DNA of 33,255 nucleotides from a virus (IMGVR_UViG_3300001126_000011:1-33255), one strand, 5' to 3'; shown: positions 1 to 9,738, numbered from the stretch's first letter. Notes: generated by a model not told the origin, from the letters alone. Translations and numbers: made by a program.

Positions 1-645
1 CTATGCAGTACGAACCCACTTACCGACGACGACTGATGGTTGAACATTGTTATGCGGCTGACCGCCGCCAGCACTACCTACATAACCTTCTTCTTCGACA
101 CCAGTGGTATCTACAGTTCTATCACTTTCTTGTGAGTCATCATGAGCAATCCTTGTCATAGTAGATATTCCCAGTGGGTGAGCGTGACTTGGGATTTGTT
201 CAACCGTAAGTGTATTTTCATACTCACCCTCTTCAGTACCAATAACCTTAGTCCAATCTGGATCATTTATTTTGGATGATACACCAACGGTCACGCGACC
301 TTCTGCGAACGGTTGCCACTCCCCATAACCTATTGCCGCTGCAACCTCTTGACCTGATGTATAAACCAATGTGGTCTCGAATGTTGCACCGATTGGCAAA
401 ACGGTTACGGTAATAGCAGGGGCTTCTTCTAACTCTTTAATGCGCTTTAGTAGTGATTCAAGAGTAACCTCTTCAGTCGGTTCGCCTTTAATACCTTCTA
501 TTTCCTGCTTAAGATAGGCGGTACGGTTGGCAAGCTGCTCATGTGGTACATTATCCACACCGCCTGCGCCGCCTTGCACAGGATCGTTTGGGTCGATGAG
601 TCGGATACTGCCTTCCCAGACTGGTTTTTCAGTAACTACTGCCAT
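1..645 (-). CDS. Short tail fibre / baseplate collar-domain protein
   Basis: N-term DPVQGG..GVDN....QLANRTAYLK typical of fibre attachment domains; C-term TLTVEQIPSHAH...GGGQPHNNVQPS collar-type motif; follows gpI. Confidence 0.75.
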   Translation of the reverse strand: MAVVTEKPVWEGSIRLIDPNDPVQGGAGGVDNVPHEQLANRTAYLKQEIEGIKGEPTEEVTLESLLKRIKELEEAPAITVTVLPIGATFETTLVYTSGQEVAAAIGYGEWQPFAEGRVTVGVSSKINDPDWTKVIGTEEGEYENTLTVEQIPSHAHPLGISTMTRIAHDDSQESDRTVDTTGVEEEGYVGSAGGGQPHNNVQPSVVVGKWVRTA

Positions 646-1220
646 TGTCCAATTACTCCATCGTAGTTGTAAGTGCCGTTATGTTTGATCGCGCCATTGT
701 GGTTCACTGGTATGTTGATTGAGACTAATTTGCAACGGAGCGGCGCAACATCAATCAGTAACGCTCGTATACGCTCAGCGTCAGCATTACTCATGAGCCG
801 TGGTGTTACCAGCTTATAATGTGTCCAGTCGCCGCCGTAGCCATATCGGTGACTGCTGTTGTGCTTAGCAACACTGTTATGCTCTAAGAATCCTGTACGC
901 TCTATCAACTCACAGTCGCCAAAACCTAGCAGCTTAAGTACCCGCTTAATTGCCCATGGTGTGCCTTTATGCCTGTGAATCTCAATCGCTTCTTTTATCA
1001 GTTCACGTTGGTCGTTTTCAGAGACTGCAAACTCCCAGCCATCACCAAATAAGCTAAAGTGATCTGCAAAAAATGGTAATGTGTCTGCGGGATTAAGATC
1101 GGTCAGCATGATAATAGTATGCTGACTTAGTGAATCTAATCTTTTAAGTAAGCGCTCTAATAGGATGAACCGCGTTTGCTGTAACGGCATCGGTAAGACG
1201 CTATCGTCATAATCAGCCAT
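636..1220 (-). CDS. Baseplate/tail protein I (P2 gpI-like)
   Basis: RELIKEAIEIHRHKGTPWAIKRVL motif; likely start ATG 1220 overlapping gpJ stop rather than 1259. Confidence 0.88.
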   Translation of the reverse strand: MADYDDSVLPMPLQQTRFILLERLLKRLDSLSQHTIIMLTDLNPADTLPFFADHFSLFGDGWEFAVSENDQRELIKEAIEIHRHKGTPWAIKRVLKLLGFGDCELIERTGFLEHNSVAKHNSSHRYGYGGDWTHYKLVTPRLMSNADAERIRALLIDVAPLRCKLVSINIPVNHNGAIKHNGTYNYDGVIGQWQ

Positions 1221-2037
1221 CTTGCGCGGCTCCCAATGTGACCGTGATATCAGTAACATTTGCCCATTGCCATGGTTCTACCATTAAGGGTTTAGCAGGC
1301 GCTATTACCTCAATTTGCCAGACATTATCATCACTTAGCGCGTCTATAATTTGGCTAGGTACAATATCTTGCCCCAATTTTACTTTGAGCTTATCAGCAA
1401 ACGCTTGAGCGTTGACACGAGCATTATCAAGCGCAACCTGAGGGTTAGCACTGGTAAGCGGCGTCACTTTAATTTTTAAGTGTAGGTCTAATGCTTGACC
1501 TGCGATAACGTCCACGCGATCAGATAAGGGGCGCTTTTTTTCATCGCTGGTATTGTCCAGTACTGCTTGGATAAGCTCAGGGCTAGCAGTCCCATCAGCC
1601 GTTAAAATATAGATAAAAATCTTACCACTCGTGCCACGCACTGCCTCACAGTCAATAATGGCAGCATCAGTGGATAGCGCATGAAAAATATAAGCTTGGC
1701 GGCTGCCAGTAGTGGCGTAGCTCTCAGGCGCTAAGCGAATACGTGTTCGCAGCTGCTCATCTGTCTCAGCATCCAATCGCACCACACCAAAAAAGTCACC
1801 TAGGTAGTCCAGCATGACGCCGCTTGCGAATGCGATCAGGTTTTGCTTAGCCGCTTCATTAATTGAGTTACGAATCAACATCTCACGATAGGCAATAACA
1901 TCAATCATCAAGCGATCTGCTTGGGCTGGATATAAGGGCTTGCCGCTGAACTCCTCATATTTGGCAACGAGTTCAGCCGTGATTTTATTTGCATCACGGT
2001 CAATAAAGTTTGGCTCGGTAAGCTTGCTAGTATCCAT
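1213..2037 (-). CDS. Baseplate wedge protein J (P2 gpJ-like)
   Basis: LIAFASGVMLDYLG..RL..ETDEQLRTRIRLAPE...GSRQAYIFHALS and RPLSDRV motifs. Confidence 0.92.
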   Translation of the reverse strand: MDTSKLTEPNFIDRDANKITAELVAKYEEFSGKPLYPAQADRLMIDVIAYREMLIRNSINEAAKQNLIAFASGVMLDYLGDFFGVVRLDAETDEQLRTRIRLAPESYATTGSRQAYIFHALSTDAAIIDCEAVRGTSGKIFIYILTADGTASPELIQAVLDNTSDEKKRPLSDRVDVIAGQALDLHLKIKVTPLTSANPQVALDNARVNAQAFADKLKVKLGQDIVPSQIIDALSDDNVWQIEVIAPAKPLMVEPWQWANVTDITVTLGAAQDG

Positions 2038-2040
2038 CGG

Positions 2041-2406
2041 TTACACTCTATAAGTCATATTCTGCGGGATTAAGCTATCAATCGGTGTCCATGCGATGTT
2101 AAACAGTGCGCCGCTAAAGCTTTGCGCCGCACCGAACTGCTGGGCGGTAATTTTAAGCGACTGTACACGCGGCTCATCTGCCAATATGGCATCAGTCGCA
2201 CGGGCAATAAATAAAGGGGCAACATCGTTAAAGTTACCGTCAATTAAGGGCAGTACGTCACAGCCAAATTCTGGGCGGTGCGGTACGTTGCCTTTTGGTG
2301 TTGATAAAATAATGCGGATGGCTTGCTCAACATCGGCGAAGCCTTCGACAATACCGTCGCTACTCAAGCTTGACTGCCAATGTAAGCTGTTACTGATTTT
2401 TGTCAT
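2041..2406 (-). CDS. Baseplate protein W / gp25-like
   Basis: IRIILSTPKG.VPHRPEFG and EPRV motifs. Confidence 0.92.
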   Translation of the reverse strand: MTKISNSLHWQSSLSSDGIVEGFADVEQAIRIILSTPKGNVPHRPEFGCDVLPLIDGNFNDVAPLFIARATDAILADEPRVQSLKITAQQFGAAQSFSGALFNIAWTPIDSLIPQNMTYRV

Positions 2407-2522
2407 GTGCCATCCGTATTATGGGTATCTCACTTCTCGGTTTTCATTTTTGATGAGTTAAGCACTACATAGTCGCCTCCTATACCTAATGAGTAATCGT
2501 ATTATCTTGGGGGAGAGGCTTT

Positions 2523-2568
2523 ATATTAAGGGGCTAAGCAGCTTCTTGATTTTATAGCGGATTAAGGA
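2523..2568 (-). promoter_or_regulatory. Late promoter copy 1 (upstream of gpW-J-I-fibre): activator site 2549-2568 plus -10 TAATAT 2528-2523
   Basis: TCCTTAATccgCTATAAAAT, 20 nt, TAATAT; same geometry in four intergenic copies. Confidence 0.8.
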
Positions 2569-3105
2569 TTAACTGGGTTTATCGGTCTTGCTGCTGCCAC
2601 GTTCGATACCAGCATGGCCGTGCAAAATAAATGAGATACCAGCAATGACTGCGTTTTTTACAATAGTGGCTATACCATTAATAGTCGTGTCGCCATTAAT
2701 AGTGGTCGGTGCGTTAATAGTGGCTGATGCGGCTGTCAGATTGAAATCACCATCGCAAACGATTTGAATAGACCCCACAGCGCTAATATCTAACAAGCTC
2801 ACAGCGCTGTCATACTCGATGCGCGTCCCATCGTCAAATTTTTTGATATAACGGTGATCGTCGGCTGGGCTATTATCGACATCGCTCATCACAGAGCCAA
2901 GACAAATGGCTGTTTCATTATTGTCAGACAGCAGTAAAGCGACTTGTTCACCCTTTACAGGCGGATCGTAAGTCTTAGCGCCTTGACTACGTGCAGTAAG
3001 TACGAGTGCCCACGGGCTTAATATATCACCCATGTCTGGTAGTACTGCCTGAATGCGTAGCGGTTTATATTCGATGTTTTCAACCAGTCCAAAGACAATA
3101 TTCAT
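2569..3105 (-). CDS. Baseplate spike protein V (P2 gpV-like)
   Basis: P.KGEQV, FDDGTRIEYD and C-terminal HxH (LHGH) iron-binding tip. Confidence 0.92.
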   Translation of the reverse strand: MNIVFGLVENIEYKPLRIQAVLPDMGDILSPWALVLTARSQGAKTYDPPVKGEQVALLLSDNNETAICLGSVMSDVDNSPADDHRYIKKFDDGTRIEYDSAVSLLDISAVGSIQIVCDGDFNLTAASATINAPTTINGDTTINGIATIVKNAVIAGISFILHGHAGIERGSSKTDKPS

Positions 3106-4082
3106 GTACTAAGCCTTATAAATTCGATGCCTGTACTATAGCCACCACGCCTAGAAATAGTATGCGTGGCAGTATTGATTAAGCATTTGCCATCAAACCG
3201 TGCAAAACCTGCTAAATCAAAATTAGCACCAGCTACAAGCAAGGTATTACCTGCACTGCTCAAGCGACCTACCGCTTTTGGGTCATTGTCTTGCGTCAAA
3301 TTGGCATCAGCGCGAGCATTAGCGACTGAGGCAGTACTGGCCTGACCGCGGCTGACTGATTTATCCGCTGATGTTTTGCCTTTAGATTTAGATTGTGACT
3401 TTACCAGGCGTTTAGATTTTGGATTTTGACGTGCGACGACGGCCTCCTTTTTGACCGTGCGAATTTGGTCACGAAACTCCCAACCGCGATCAATTTGGTG
3501 GCGATGTAAGGTGATGACGCTGCTGTTTGTTTTAAGCTGATCTAAGCGGCTAAAGATAAGGCGCTTGCCTTTGACTTTGACGATATAGCCGTACTGCTTG
3601 GCCAGACGATAGATAAACGCAAGGTCAGTCTCACTCTGTGTCACACGCTCAATCATCAGCGGGTAAATTTTACCCTCAACCGTATAACCCAAAGCCGCCG
3701 CTACTTGTTCGATTACATCAGCGAGCAGCACATCGTCAAATGCCGTATAGTGCACTGTGCGTAATGGACTATTAACCCCAGCCGATAGCGCGCGAATCCG
3801 TACTGTGTTTGGGCTATCAGTGATATTAATCTCGTCAATCTCAAACTGGCCGCAATCAAGTACGCTATCGCCGTCAATACCGATCTTAAAGTTAAGCGTT
3901 GCGCCTTTACTCGGATACCACGCATCCATCCACTTGCGCTCAGTGTCCTCTAGTGTGATGTCCAGCTCATCAGACTCGCCCTTTAGCGTGTCTTTATAAC
4001 TGGCATCAAGCAGATGCAAGGCAATGTCGTGAGTGGCTGACTTGTTGTTATACAGCAGCTCAAACGCAGGCATATCAATCAT
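3102..4082 (-). CDS. Baseplate hub / late control protein D (P2 gpD-like)
   Basis: YKDTLKGESDELDITLED, CGQFEIDEI, QSETDLAFIYRLAKQYG motifs. Confidence 0.9.
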   Translation of the reverse strand: MIDMPAFELLYNNKSATHDIALHLLDASYKDTLKGESDELDITLEDTERKWMDAWYPSKGATLNFKIGIDGDSVLDCGQFEIDEINITDSPNTVRIRALSAGVNSPLRTVHYTAFDDVLLADVIEQVAAALGYTVEGKIYPLMIERVTQSETDLAFIYRLAKQYGYIVKVKGKRLIFSRLDQLKTNSSVITLHRHQIDRGWEFRDQIRTVKKEAVVARQNPKSKRLVKSQSKSKGKTSADKSVSRGQASTASVANARADANLTQDNDPKAVGRLSSAGNTLLVAGANFDLAGFARFDGKCLINTATHTISRRGGYSTGIEFIRLST

Positions 4083-4332
4083 CGCTCACCTCACTACCAT
4101 CATCACGTAGCCACGGTGGTATAGTGTCCGCGCCTTTTGCTTTGGGTTTATTAATAATAGGGATAAAGACGATCTGACCTGCCGTAAGCATCGCTGTGAT
4201 TGGCAGATGACGATTAGCGGTTATGATCTGCTCGTAAGCCGTAGCATCGCCATAATATTGATAAGACAAGCTATCCCATCGATCACCATCTGATGCGATA
4301 TGCTGTAGATAACCTTTGGCTACTCGACTCAT
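4075..4332 (-). CDS. Tail protein X (LysM-like, P2 gpX)
   Basis: GDRWDSLSYQYYGD...IITAN..L...AGQ...IP...PPW. Confidence 0.9.
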   Translation of the reverse strand: MSRVAKGYLQHIASDGDRWDSLSYQYYGDATAYEQIITANRHLPITAMLTAGQIVFIPIINKPKAKGADTIPPWLRDDGSEVSDD

Positions 4333-5099
4333 AGTGATTGCCTCGTTGCTGCACTACGTGTCAGCTCAAGCATGACTGCTTGCCGATCGTTTAGTATCTG
4401 TGACAAGTCGCCATAGTTACTACTATCAATGATCGGCAGTGGTGGTACGGTATTGCCTGTCCAGTCGTTACTAGCAAAATAGCCATTCACGATAGACGTG
4501 GCATTATTAATGGCAGAAAAGTCACCACTGGACGCACTGCTTAATGTGCGTATTAGTGCTCGCGCTCGATGCTGAGCAATAAGCGCATCCTCCAAATGTT
4601 GCATCGGTTGCCGCGTGGGCAATAGCTCACTGACATTATCACTGGTAGCGGTTTGTACGGGCACAGGATTGGATAATGATTGATTGTCATCACGTACCGC
4701 AGGGGCGGTAGGTTTCGTCGTCGTGTCGCCTGTAAATTCTGATAAGGAGAGCGAGCCTGTAATCACTAGTGGCTTGCCATTGGGGGCAATCTCTTGATAG
4801 TTGACATCGACATCATCAAGCGTCACCCAGCCTTTATAGTCCACATAGTCAAACACCAGCGGCATTGGCTCGCCTTTATTGCAGGTCGTTAAAATCTTAT
4901 CTAAAACCACTTGCGGATCACAAAAAGCATGGTGCAATTTAAAGCTTAGACGCCACTCATCCAGCCTTGCGCCCAGTTTTTGCTTAGTCGCTTTATTGAG
5001 TGGCCGTTCGTGCTTGGCAAAGTCATAGCCTGTGCGTAGAGACAGACCATGAGCACCGCGTACGTCACCTAAATTGATATCGCCTAAATGGGTAATCAC
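4329..5099 (-). CDS. Tail protein U-like (tube initiator)
   Basis: N-terminal gpU-like domain (FAKHER, LHHAFCDP, LSLSEF); follows tape measure. Confidence 0.8.
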   Translation of the reverse strand: MITHLGDINLGDVRGAHGLSLRTGYDFAKHERPLNKATKQKLGARLDEWRLSFKLHHAFCDPQVVLDKILTTCNKGEPMPLVFDYVDYKGWVTLDDVDVNYQEIAPNGKPLVITGSLSLSEFTGDTTTKPTAPAVRDDNQSLSNPVPVQTATSDNVSELLPTRQPMQHLEDALIAQHRARALIRTLSSASSGDFSAINNATSIVNGYFASNDWTGNTVPPLPIIDSSNYGDLSQILNDRQAVMLELTRSAATRQSL

Positions 5100-7417
5100 G
5101 CGAACGCCCTCCGTTGTCTATTGCCTTCGACCTGCTCAAGCATCCGCTCAAATTCTGCGTAGCTTGCTGCAAGCCCTTGTTGTACTTGGCCTGCTACATC
5201 ACCAGCACCCGCTGCCACTTGGACATTAATGGTTGGACTAAAGCTAATAGAGCCTGCACTCATACCACCGCCTAAGCTCTGCGAACCCAGTACACTGTTT
5301 GAGTATTGCGTTTGCGCGAGGCGTTTTGCCATTTGCTCAGAGGCTTTTAGTGCAAGCGGTGTTTGCTGAGTAATACCGAGTGCTGTTCCTTCAGGGATGC
5401 CGCCGCCTAGTTTGGCAAATACTTTGGACGGTGAATTGATGCCCAGTTTAGATTTAAACCAGCCTGAAACCGAGTCACCCATATTGGTAATAGTGGCTTT
5501 TAATGCCCCAAATTTGGCTTGTACGCCGCTGATTAACCCTTGAATAATATTGACACCGAACTGTCTAAAACGGGCGGGCAATGCGCCAAAGTAAGTAGTA
5601 ACTGATGCCCATGCACGGCTAAAAAATGCCAACGGCTGAAAGCCTGCCAATGCGCCTTTAATAGCACCAACGCCGCGTGTGACCGCAGACTTAAGACCAT
5701 TCCACAAGCCAATAAAGAAGGCCTTAATCGGTGTCCAGTTGCGGTAAATCAGATACGCGGCCACAGCCAGCATCCCAATAGCGATAAATAATGGATTCGC
5801 CATCGCTGCAAGTCCGATAGCACGTAGCACACCACCGACAAACCTTAATGCACCACCAAGCTTCATGAGTATTGGTGATAACTGACCAAGTATTGCCATA
5901 TTGCGTAGAACAGTGATGCCCGCCCGCAATCGGTTAAATGTGGTGACCAACGACGCAATAGGACGTATGACGGATAGCACGGCAAAGCTTACGCCCCAAA
6001 ACGCGACTTTGGCCAATAGCAGACCGCCGACGATTTTTACCGTGCTTGCGATCAATTCAGGGTTTTGTTTCGCCCATGACGCAAAGGACTGTATGAGCGG
6101 TGTGATAGCAGTTATGGCATCACTAAGCGCAGGTAGTAAAGCATCGCCAAGCGTGATTGCGAGTACATTGAAATTATTCTTAAATAGCTGTACTTCGTTG
6201 GCTTTAGTCGAGCTGATACTATCAAACTCTTTATTCATAGAACCAAGGTATTTGCCAGTACCATCAGCATTAGTACCCAGCAGCTCAATGTTTTTCCCTA
6301 ACAACTCAGTGTTATTTGCGACTGATAAAATATCGCCGCCGTAGTTAAGTCCGATAATGCTAGAGACCACGCCCGTACGTTCTTCAGTCGGTAACTTATT
6401 CACTAGATCAAAAAACTCTTGCGTGGCTGCTTGTCCATCTTTCTTAAACTTAGTGGCAAACTCATTGTGATTGATGCCGAGTTTATTAAAGCCAACTATC
6501 TGACGCTTGGTCGCCATATCGAGCGTACTAAACGTCGTAATCATTGACTCAATAGCATTTGCCGTCACTGACGCTTCACGCCCTTGGGCGATCAGCGCAC
6601 CAGTGAGTCCAACGCTAAACTGCTCGCTATAGCCTGCGCTTTTGACCGAGCTACCTACTTGTGATAGCGCGGCAACCATCTCACGCGCTTTAGCAGGTGA
6701 GTTATTACTAATGGTATTGATCATATCGCCGATACGATCAATCTCTTTAATGGGTATTTGCATGACGTTTGACAGCTTTGCCATCGCGTCACCCGCTTGA
6801 TCGGCGGACATATCAAACGCCACGCCCATCTTAGCGACGGTTGTGGTAAAGCCGATTAAGTCTTTATCAGCAACACCAAGCTGACCGCCTGAAGCAGTAA
6901 TAGCTGCTAGCTCATTAGCAGATAATGGTATCTGCAATGACAGTTGTTTTAGCTCCTCGCCAAGCTTGGGTAGGCTATTGCCAGCGGTAAATTCAACCGT
7001 TTTACCGACCTCTGCCATCGCGGACTCGAAGTCCATTGCGGCCTTAACAGACGCGGCCACAGGTATGCCAAAGGCAGCTAATTGTGCGGTGCTGCTAGCA
7101 AGATTACTCCCTGCCTGTGATTGCGCTTCACCGATACGGCGACCACGCTCGACCGAGCGATTCAGCCGCTCTTGCGCCCGCTGTGTCTCCTCAATCGCAC
7201 GAGTGACGCGTTCCTGTTCACGTCTAAAGCGGGTCAAATCCATATTGCCGCGCTGCATACCGCGCTCAATGATACGATTTAAGCGCTCTTGGCGTGCGGT
7301 CAGCTGCGTGGTGCTGCTACCCAAACGATCAAAGTCACGATTGACGCCGCCCAGCACACGGTTCAGCGAGCCGTCTACGACAGCGCCGATCCGCATACTT
7401 AACGACATATCCGCCAT
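5096..7417 (-). CDS. Tail tape measure protein (TP901-type core)
   Basis: AAMDFESAMAEV core, Ala/Gly-rich helical body, C-terminal KLGINSPSKVF. Confidence 0.95.
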   Translation of the reverse strand: MADMSLSMRIGAVVDGSLNRVLGGVNRDFDRLGSSTTQLTARQERLNRIIERGMQRGNMDLTRFRREQERVTRAIEETQRAQERLNRSVERGRRIGEAQSQAGSNLASSTAQLAAFGIPVAASVKAAMDFESAMAEVGKTVEFTAGNSLPKLGEELKQLSLQIPLSANELAAITASGGQLGVADKDLIGFTTTVAKMGVAFDMSADQAGDAMAKLSNVMQIPIKEIDRIGDMINTISNNSPAKAREMVAALSQVGSSVKSAGYSEQFSVGLTGALIAQGREASVTANAIESMITTFSTLDMATKRQIVGFNKLGINHNEFATKFKKDGQAATQEFFDLVNKLPTEERTGVVSSIIGLNYGGDILSVANNTELLGKNIELLGTNADGTGKYLGSMNKEFDSISSTKANEVQLFKNNFNVLAITLGDALLPALSDAITAITPLIQSFASWAKQNPELIASTVKIVGGLLLAKVAFWGVSFAVLSVIRPIASLVTTFNRLRAGITVLRNMAILGQLSPILMKLGGALRFVGGVLRAIGLAAMANPLFIAIGMLAVAAYLIYRNWTPIKAFFIGLWNGLKSAVTRGVGAIKGALAGFQPLAFFSRAWASVTTYFGALPARFRQFGVNIIQGLISGVQAKFGALKATITNMGDSVSGWFKSKLGINSPSKVFAKLGGGIPEGTALGITQQTPLALKASEQMAKRLAQTQYSNSVLGSQSLGGGMSAGSISFSPTINVQVAAGAGDVAGQVQQGLAASYAEFERMLEQVEGNRQRRAFA

Positions 7418-7427
7418 ACGTTACCCT

Positions 7428-7616
7428 TTATTGATTTGCTTGCTTATTTTGCGCGGCTATCTGCGCGTTGGCTTCATCGATCCAGCCAATAAAGTCTGTT
7501 ATTACCATCTCGTCAATTTCAGACGGCTGAATATGAAACCACTTAGCCAGCAGTCCCTGAAGTATCTGCCACTGATTCGTCGGCACTACCGATATTAATC
7601 TCTGAAAATCGCGCAC
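7428..7616 (-). CDS. Tail assembly chaperone E'-like ORF, probably the frameshifted extension of the upstream chaperone
   Basis: LLAKWFHIQPSEIDEM...WIDEA typical of gpE'; overlaps 3' end of chaperone in the +1 frame; no clear RBS. Confidence 0.75.
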   Translation of the reverse strand: MRDFQRLISVVPTNQWQILQGLLAKWFHIQPSEIDEMVITDFIGWIDEANAQIAAQNKQANQ

Positions 7617-7860
7617 TTACGGCTTGATAGTCAATCATGTGCATGTCGTCTAAATCTTCTAGAACCAGATCACAAGCGACCGCTACCATCGCAAGTTCAA
7701 TCTCAGCGCTGTCACCGTTACCACGGCGCTGGGCTTGTTTCATCTCACGCACCTTGATACCGCGCACATGTACTTGCTCAATTGGTGCACCAGCGGCAGT
7801 GGTAAAGGGGTGTTTTAGCTTGATAGGCGAGTTAGCGATTGGAGCTTTAGCTTTGGTCAT
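7543..7860 (-). CDS. Tail assembly chaperone (P2 gpE / Mu gp41 family)
   Basis: IKLKHPF, R..KVREMK, EDLDDM...DY motifs; between tube and tape measure. Confidence 0.88.
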   Translation of the reverse strand: MTKAKAPIANSPIKLKHPFTTAAGAPIEQVHVRGIKVREMKQAQRRGNGDSAEIELAMVAVACDLVLEDLDDMHMIDYQAVSARFSEINIGSADESVADTSGTAG

Positions 7861-7909
7861 AATGGTTATCCTAATATTTGATAATGAAACGTAATTTTAT
7901 AATTGACGT

Positions 7910-7942
7910 AAAAAAACCTTAATGCCACTTTGGACATTAAGG
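7910..7942 (-). terminator. Rho-independent terminator after tail tube gene
   Basis: Minus strand CCTTAATGTCC-AAAGT-GGCATTAAGG (one bulge) followed by T7. Confidence 0.75.
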
Positions 7943-7944
7943 CT

Positions 7945-7990
7945 AGGATAAACAGATAACCGCTTACTTAATTTTATAGCGCATTAAGGA
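7945..7990 (-). promoter_or_regulatory. Late promoter copy 2 (upstream of chaperone-tape measure operon): activator site 7971-7990 plus -10 TATCCT 7950-7945
   Basis: TCCTTAATgcgCTATAAAAT, 20 nt, TATCCT. Confidence 0.8.
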
Positions 7991-8000
7991 TTAGTGCAGA

Positions 8001-8525
8001 TTACATGACGTTGCTACGGTAATCAGCGAGCATATCCTCACCGCCGATCTTAAAGGTATTTGCCATCGCGTCATACTCAACGATTTCGACACCATCCATC
8101 ACTTGCTTAACATACGTGCAGGCAAAGTCATATTCAAAGTCGACGTTTTTGTGATCGCCTAATTTACCAAGCGGCATGTTTTTGGGAGAGATAGTTAGGA
8201 ATGTTACCAGTGGCACTTCATTGGTACGCCCCATGCTGGTATGGACACTGACGCTAGAGCGTACTTGAATTTGACGGGCACGAAACGGTGTCAGTTGCCG
8301 CGATACATCCGCGTACAAGCTGTTCATTTTCATCTTGCCCTCAAGCTTATCAACGCCATTGGTAGGCAGTTCCATCTTACCGATCATACCTAGCGCTTTG
8401 AACTCTTCAAATAAGAATTTAAGCTCAGGCAGATCGACCGTTTCGCATTTGCCCAGCATACTTTTACCATCTAGATAGACGATGCCCTGTGTGATTTTAT
8501 GGACTTCAATACCGTTATTGGACAT
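8001..8525 (-). CDS. Major tail tube protein (P2 FII-like)
   Basis: VDLPEL....EFKALGMIG..EL, YVKQVMDG.E..EYD..AN motifs; after sheath. Confidence 0.92.
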   Translation of the reverse strand: MSNNGIEVHKITQGIVYLDGKSMLGKCETVDLPELKFLFEEFKALGMIGKMELPTNGVDKLEGKMKMNSLYADVSRQLTPFRARQIQVRSSVSVHTSMGRTNEVPLVTFLTISPKNMPLGKLGDHKNVDFEYDFACTYVKQVMDGVEIVEYDAMANTFKIGGEDMLADYRSNVM

Positions 8526-8526
8526 A

Positions 8527-9738
8527 TTAGATGCCTCCCATGTTGACAGATTTTAGGTCAAGCAGATACTCGCCTGTGACTTCGCGCTCGTAGGTGATAC
8601 GCTCCATTGGGAATATCGGCGTGAACTTATAGCCGATACGAATATGCCCTTGGGACAGCTCGCTTGCTGGGTTACGAGCAGGGTCAAAGTACGCCGCACC
8701 GTCTACAATTGCACCCCGCATTTTTAGCACACGCAGGTAATCATCAGTAAAGCCGACCAATGCTTCAATTTGTGGCTGGCGAATATCGCTATCAACAAAT
8801 GGCAAGCTGGATTGGTGAATACTGATCTCAATCATGTCCTTGGTACGCTGGACTTGCTCGAAGTTGTCAAAGCTATTGTTGACTGGATATGCCGCACTGC
8901 GATTGCCCCATGTCAGGAACCCTGTACCAAAGGATTTGAACATCGTTGAGATGCCAGCTTCGTTGAGCAAGTTGGTTTCCGTATCAGGATCATCAATACG
9001 TGCTGAGATGACACGCTCAAGCCCAAGCGTCCCGCGTATCTCTTTGTTAGATGAGCTTGTCCAGTAACCAATCTCACGGTCTACGCGAGCACGTACGCCA
9101 GCCCATGCGATAGATGATGGCTCAAGCTTAATACCATCAGTGACAGGATTAAATACCTTACGGTGAGGATAGCAAATACGTACGCGTGTGGACTGGGTTT
9201 GATAAATATCAACACCAAGCGGTGCAACCCCACCACGACTGGCTACCGACTCAGTTGGGGTTAGACCGAGGGGAAGATCGATATAAGTAATGGCTTTGAT
9301 TTTGCTTGCCATTACGTCTAAAGCCGCAGCAACAGCGGGCACACTACTAAAGCCTGGTGCAATTAAAATCTTGGCATCATACCCGTAGATACCGTAGCCA
9401 TCGCCCATTAATTGAATACCCGTACGCGCCCCCTCAGCGGTTGTAGTGCCAATGATATCAGCCGTAGTAATCGTATCCGTATCAGCGCCGACATTGATGA
9501 CCATGACCATGCCAGCGCCTTGCTCACGTAGCGATTTCAGAGCAGCTGGGATGGTATGGTTGCTGGTAATCTCACCAAACTGAGCGTCATCAGTCGATGA
9601 TAGACAGATGGTGAGCGTATTAACATCACCCAGCGGTGCAGTACCCACCAGCCCGATGATGCCCGAGCGCACTTCGCGGACGGTCGTTGTGCCTTGTGAG
9701 ACGTCGATGGTCTCAGTACCGTGTAAAAATTGGGTCAT
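8527..9738 (-). CDS. Contractile tail sheath protein (P2 FI-like)
   Basis: FLHGTE, IIGLVGTAP, ILIAPGF, GYWTSSSN, WGNRS, PMERITY motifs. Confidence 0.96.
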   Translation of the reverse strand: MTQFLHGTETIDVSQGTTTVREVRSGIIGLVGTAPLGDVNTLTICLSSTDDAQFGEITSNHTIPAALKSLREQGAGMVMVINVGADTDTITTADIIGTTTAEGARTGIQLMGDGYGIYGYDAKILIAPGFSSVPAVAAALDVMASKIKAITYIDLPLGLTPTESVASRGGVAPLGVDIYQTQSTRVRICYPHRKVFNPVTDGIKLEPSSIAWAGVRARVDREIGYWTSSSNKEIRGTLGLERVISARIDDPDTETNLLNEAGISTMFKSFGTGFLTWGNRSAAYPVNNSFDNFEQVQRTKDMIEISIHQSSLPFVDSDIRQPQIEALVGFTDDYLRVLKMRGAIVDGAAYFDPARNPASELSQGHIRIGYKFTPIFPMERITYEREVTGEYLLDLKSVNMGGI

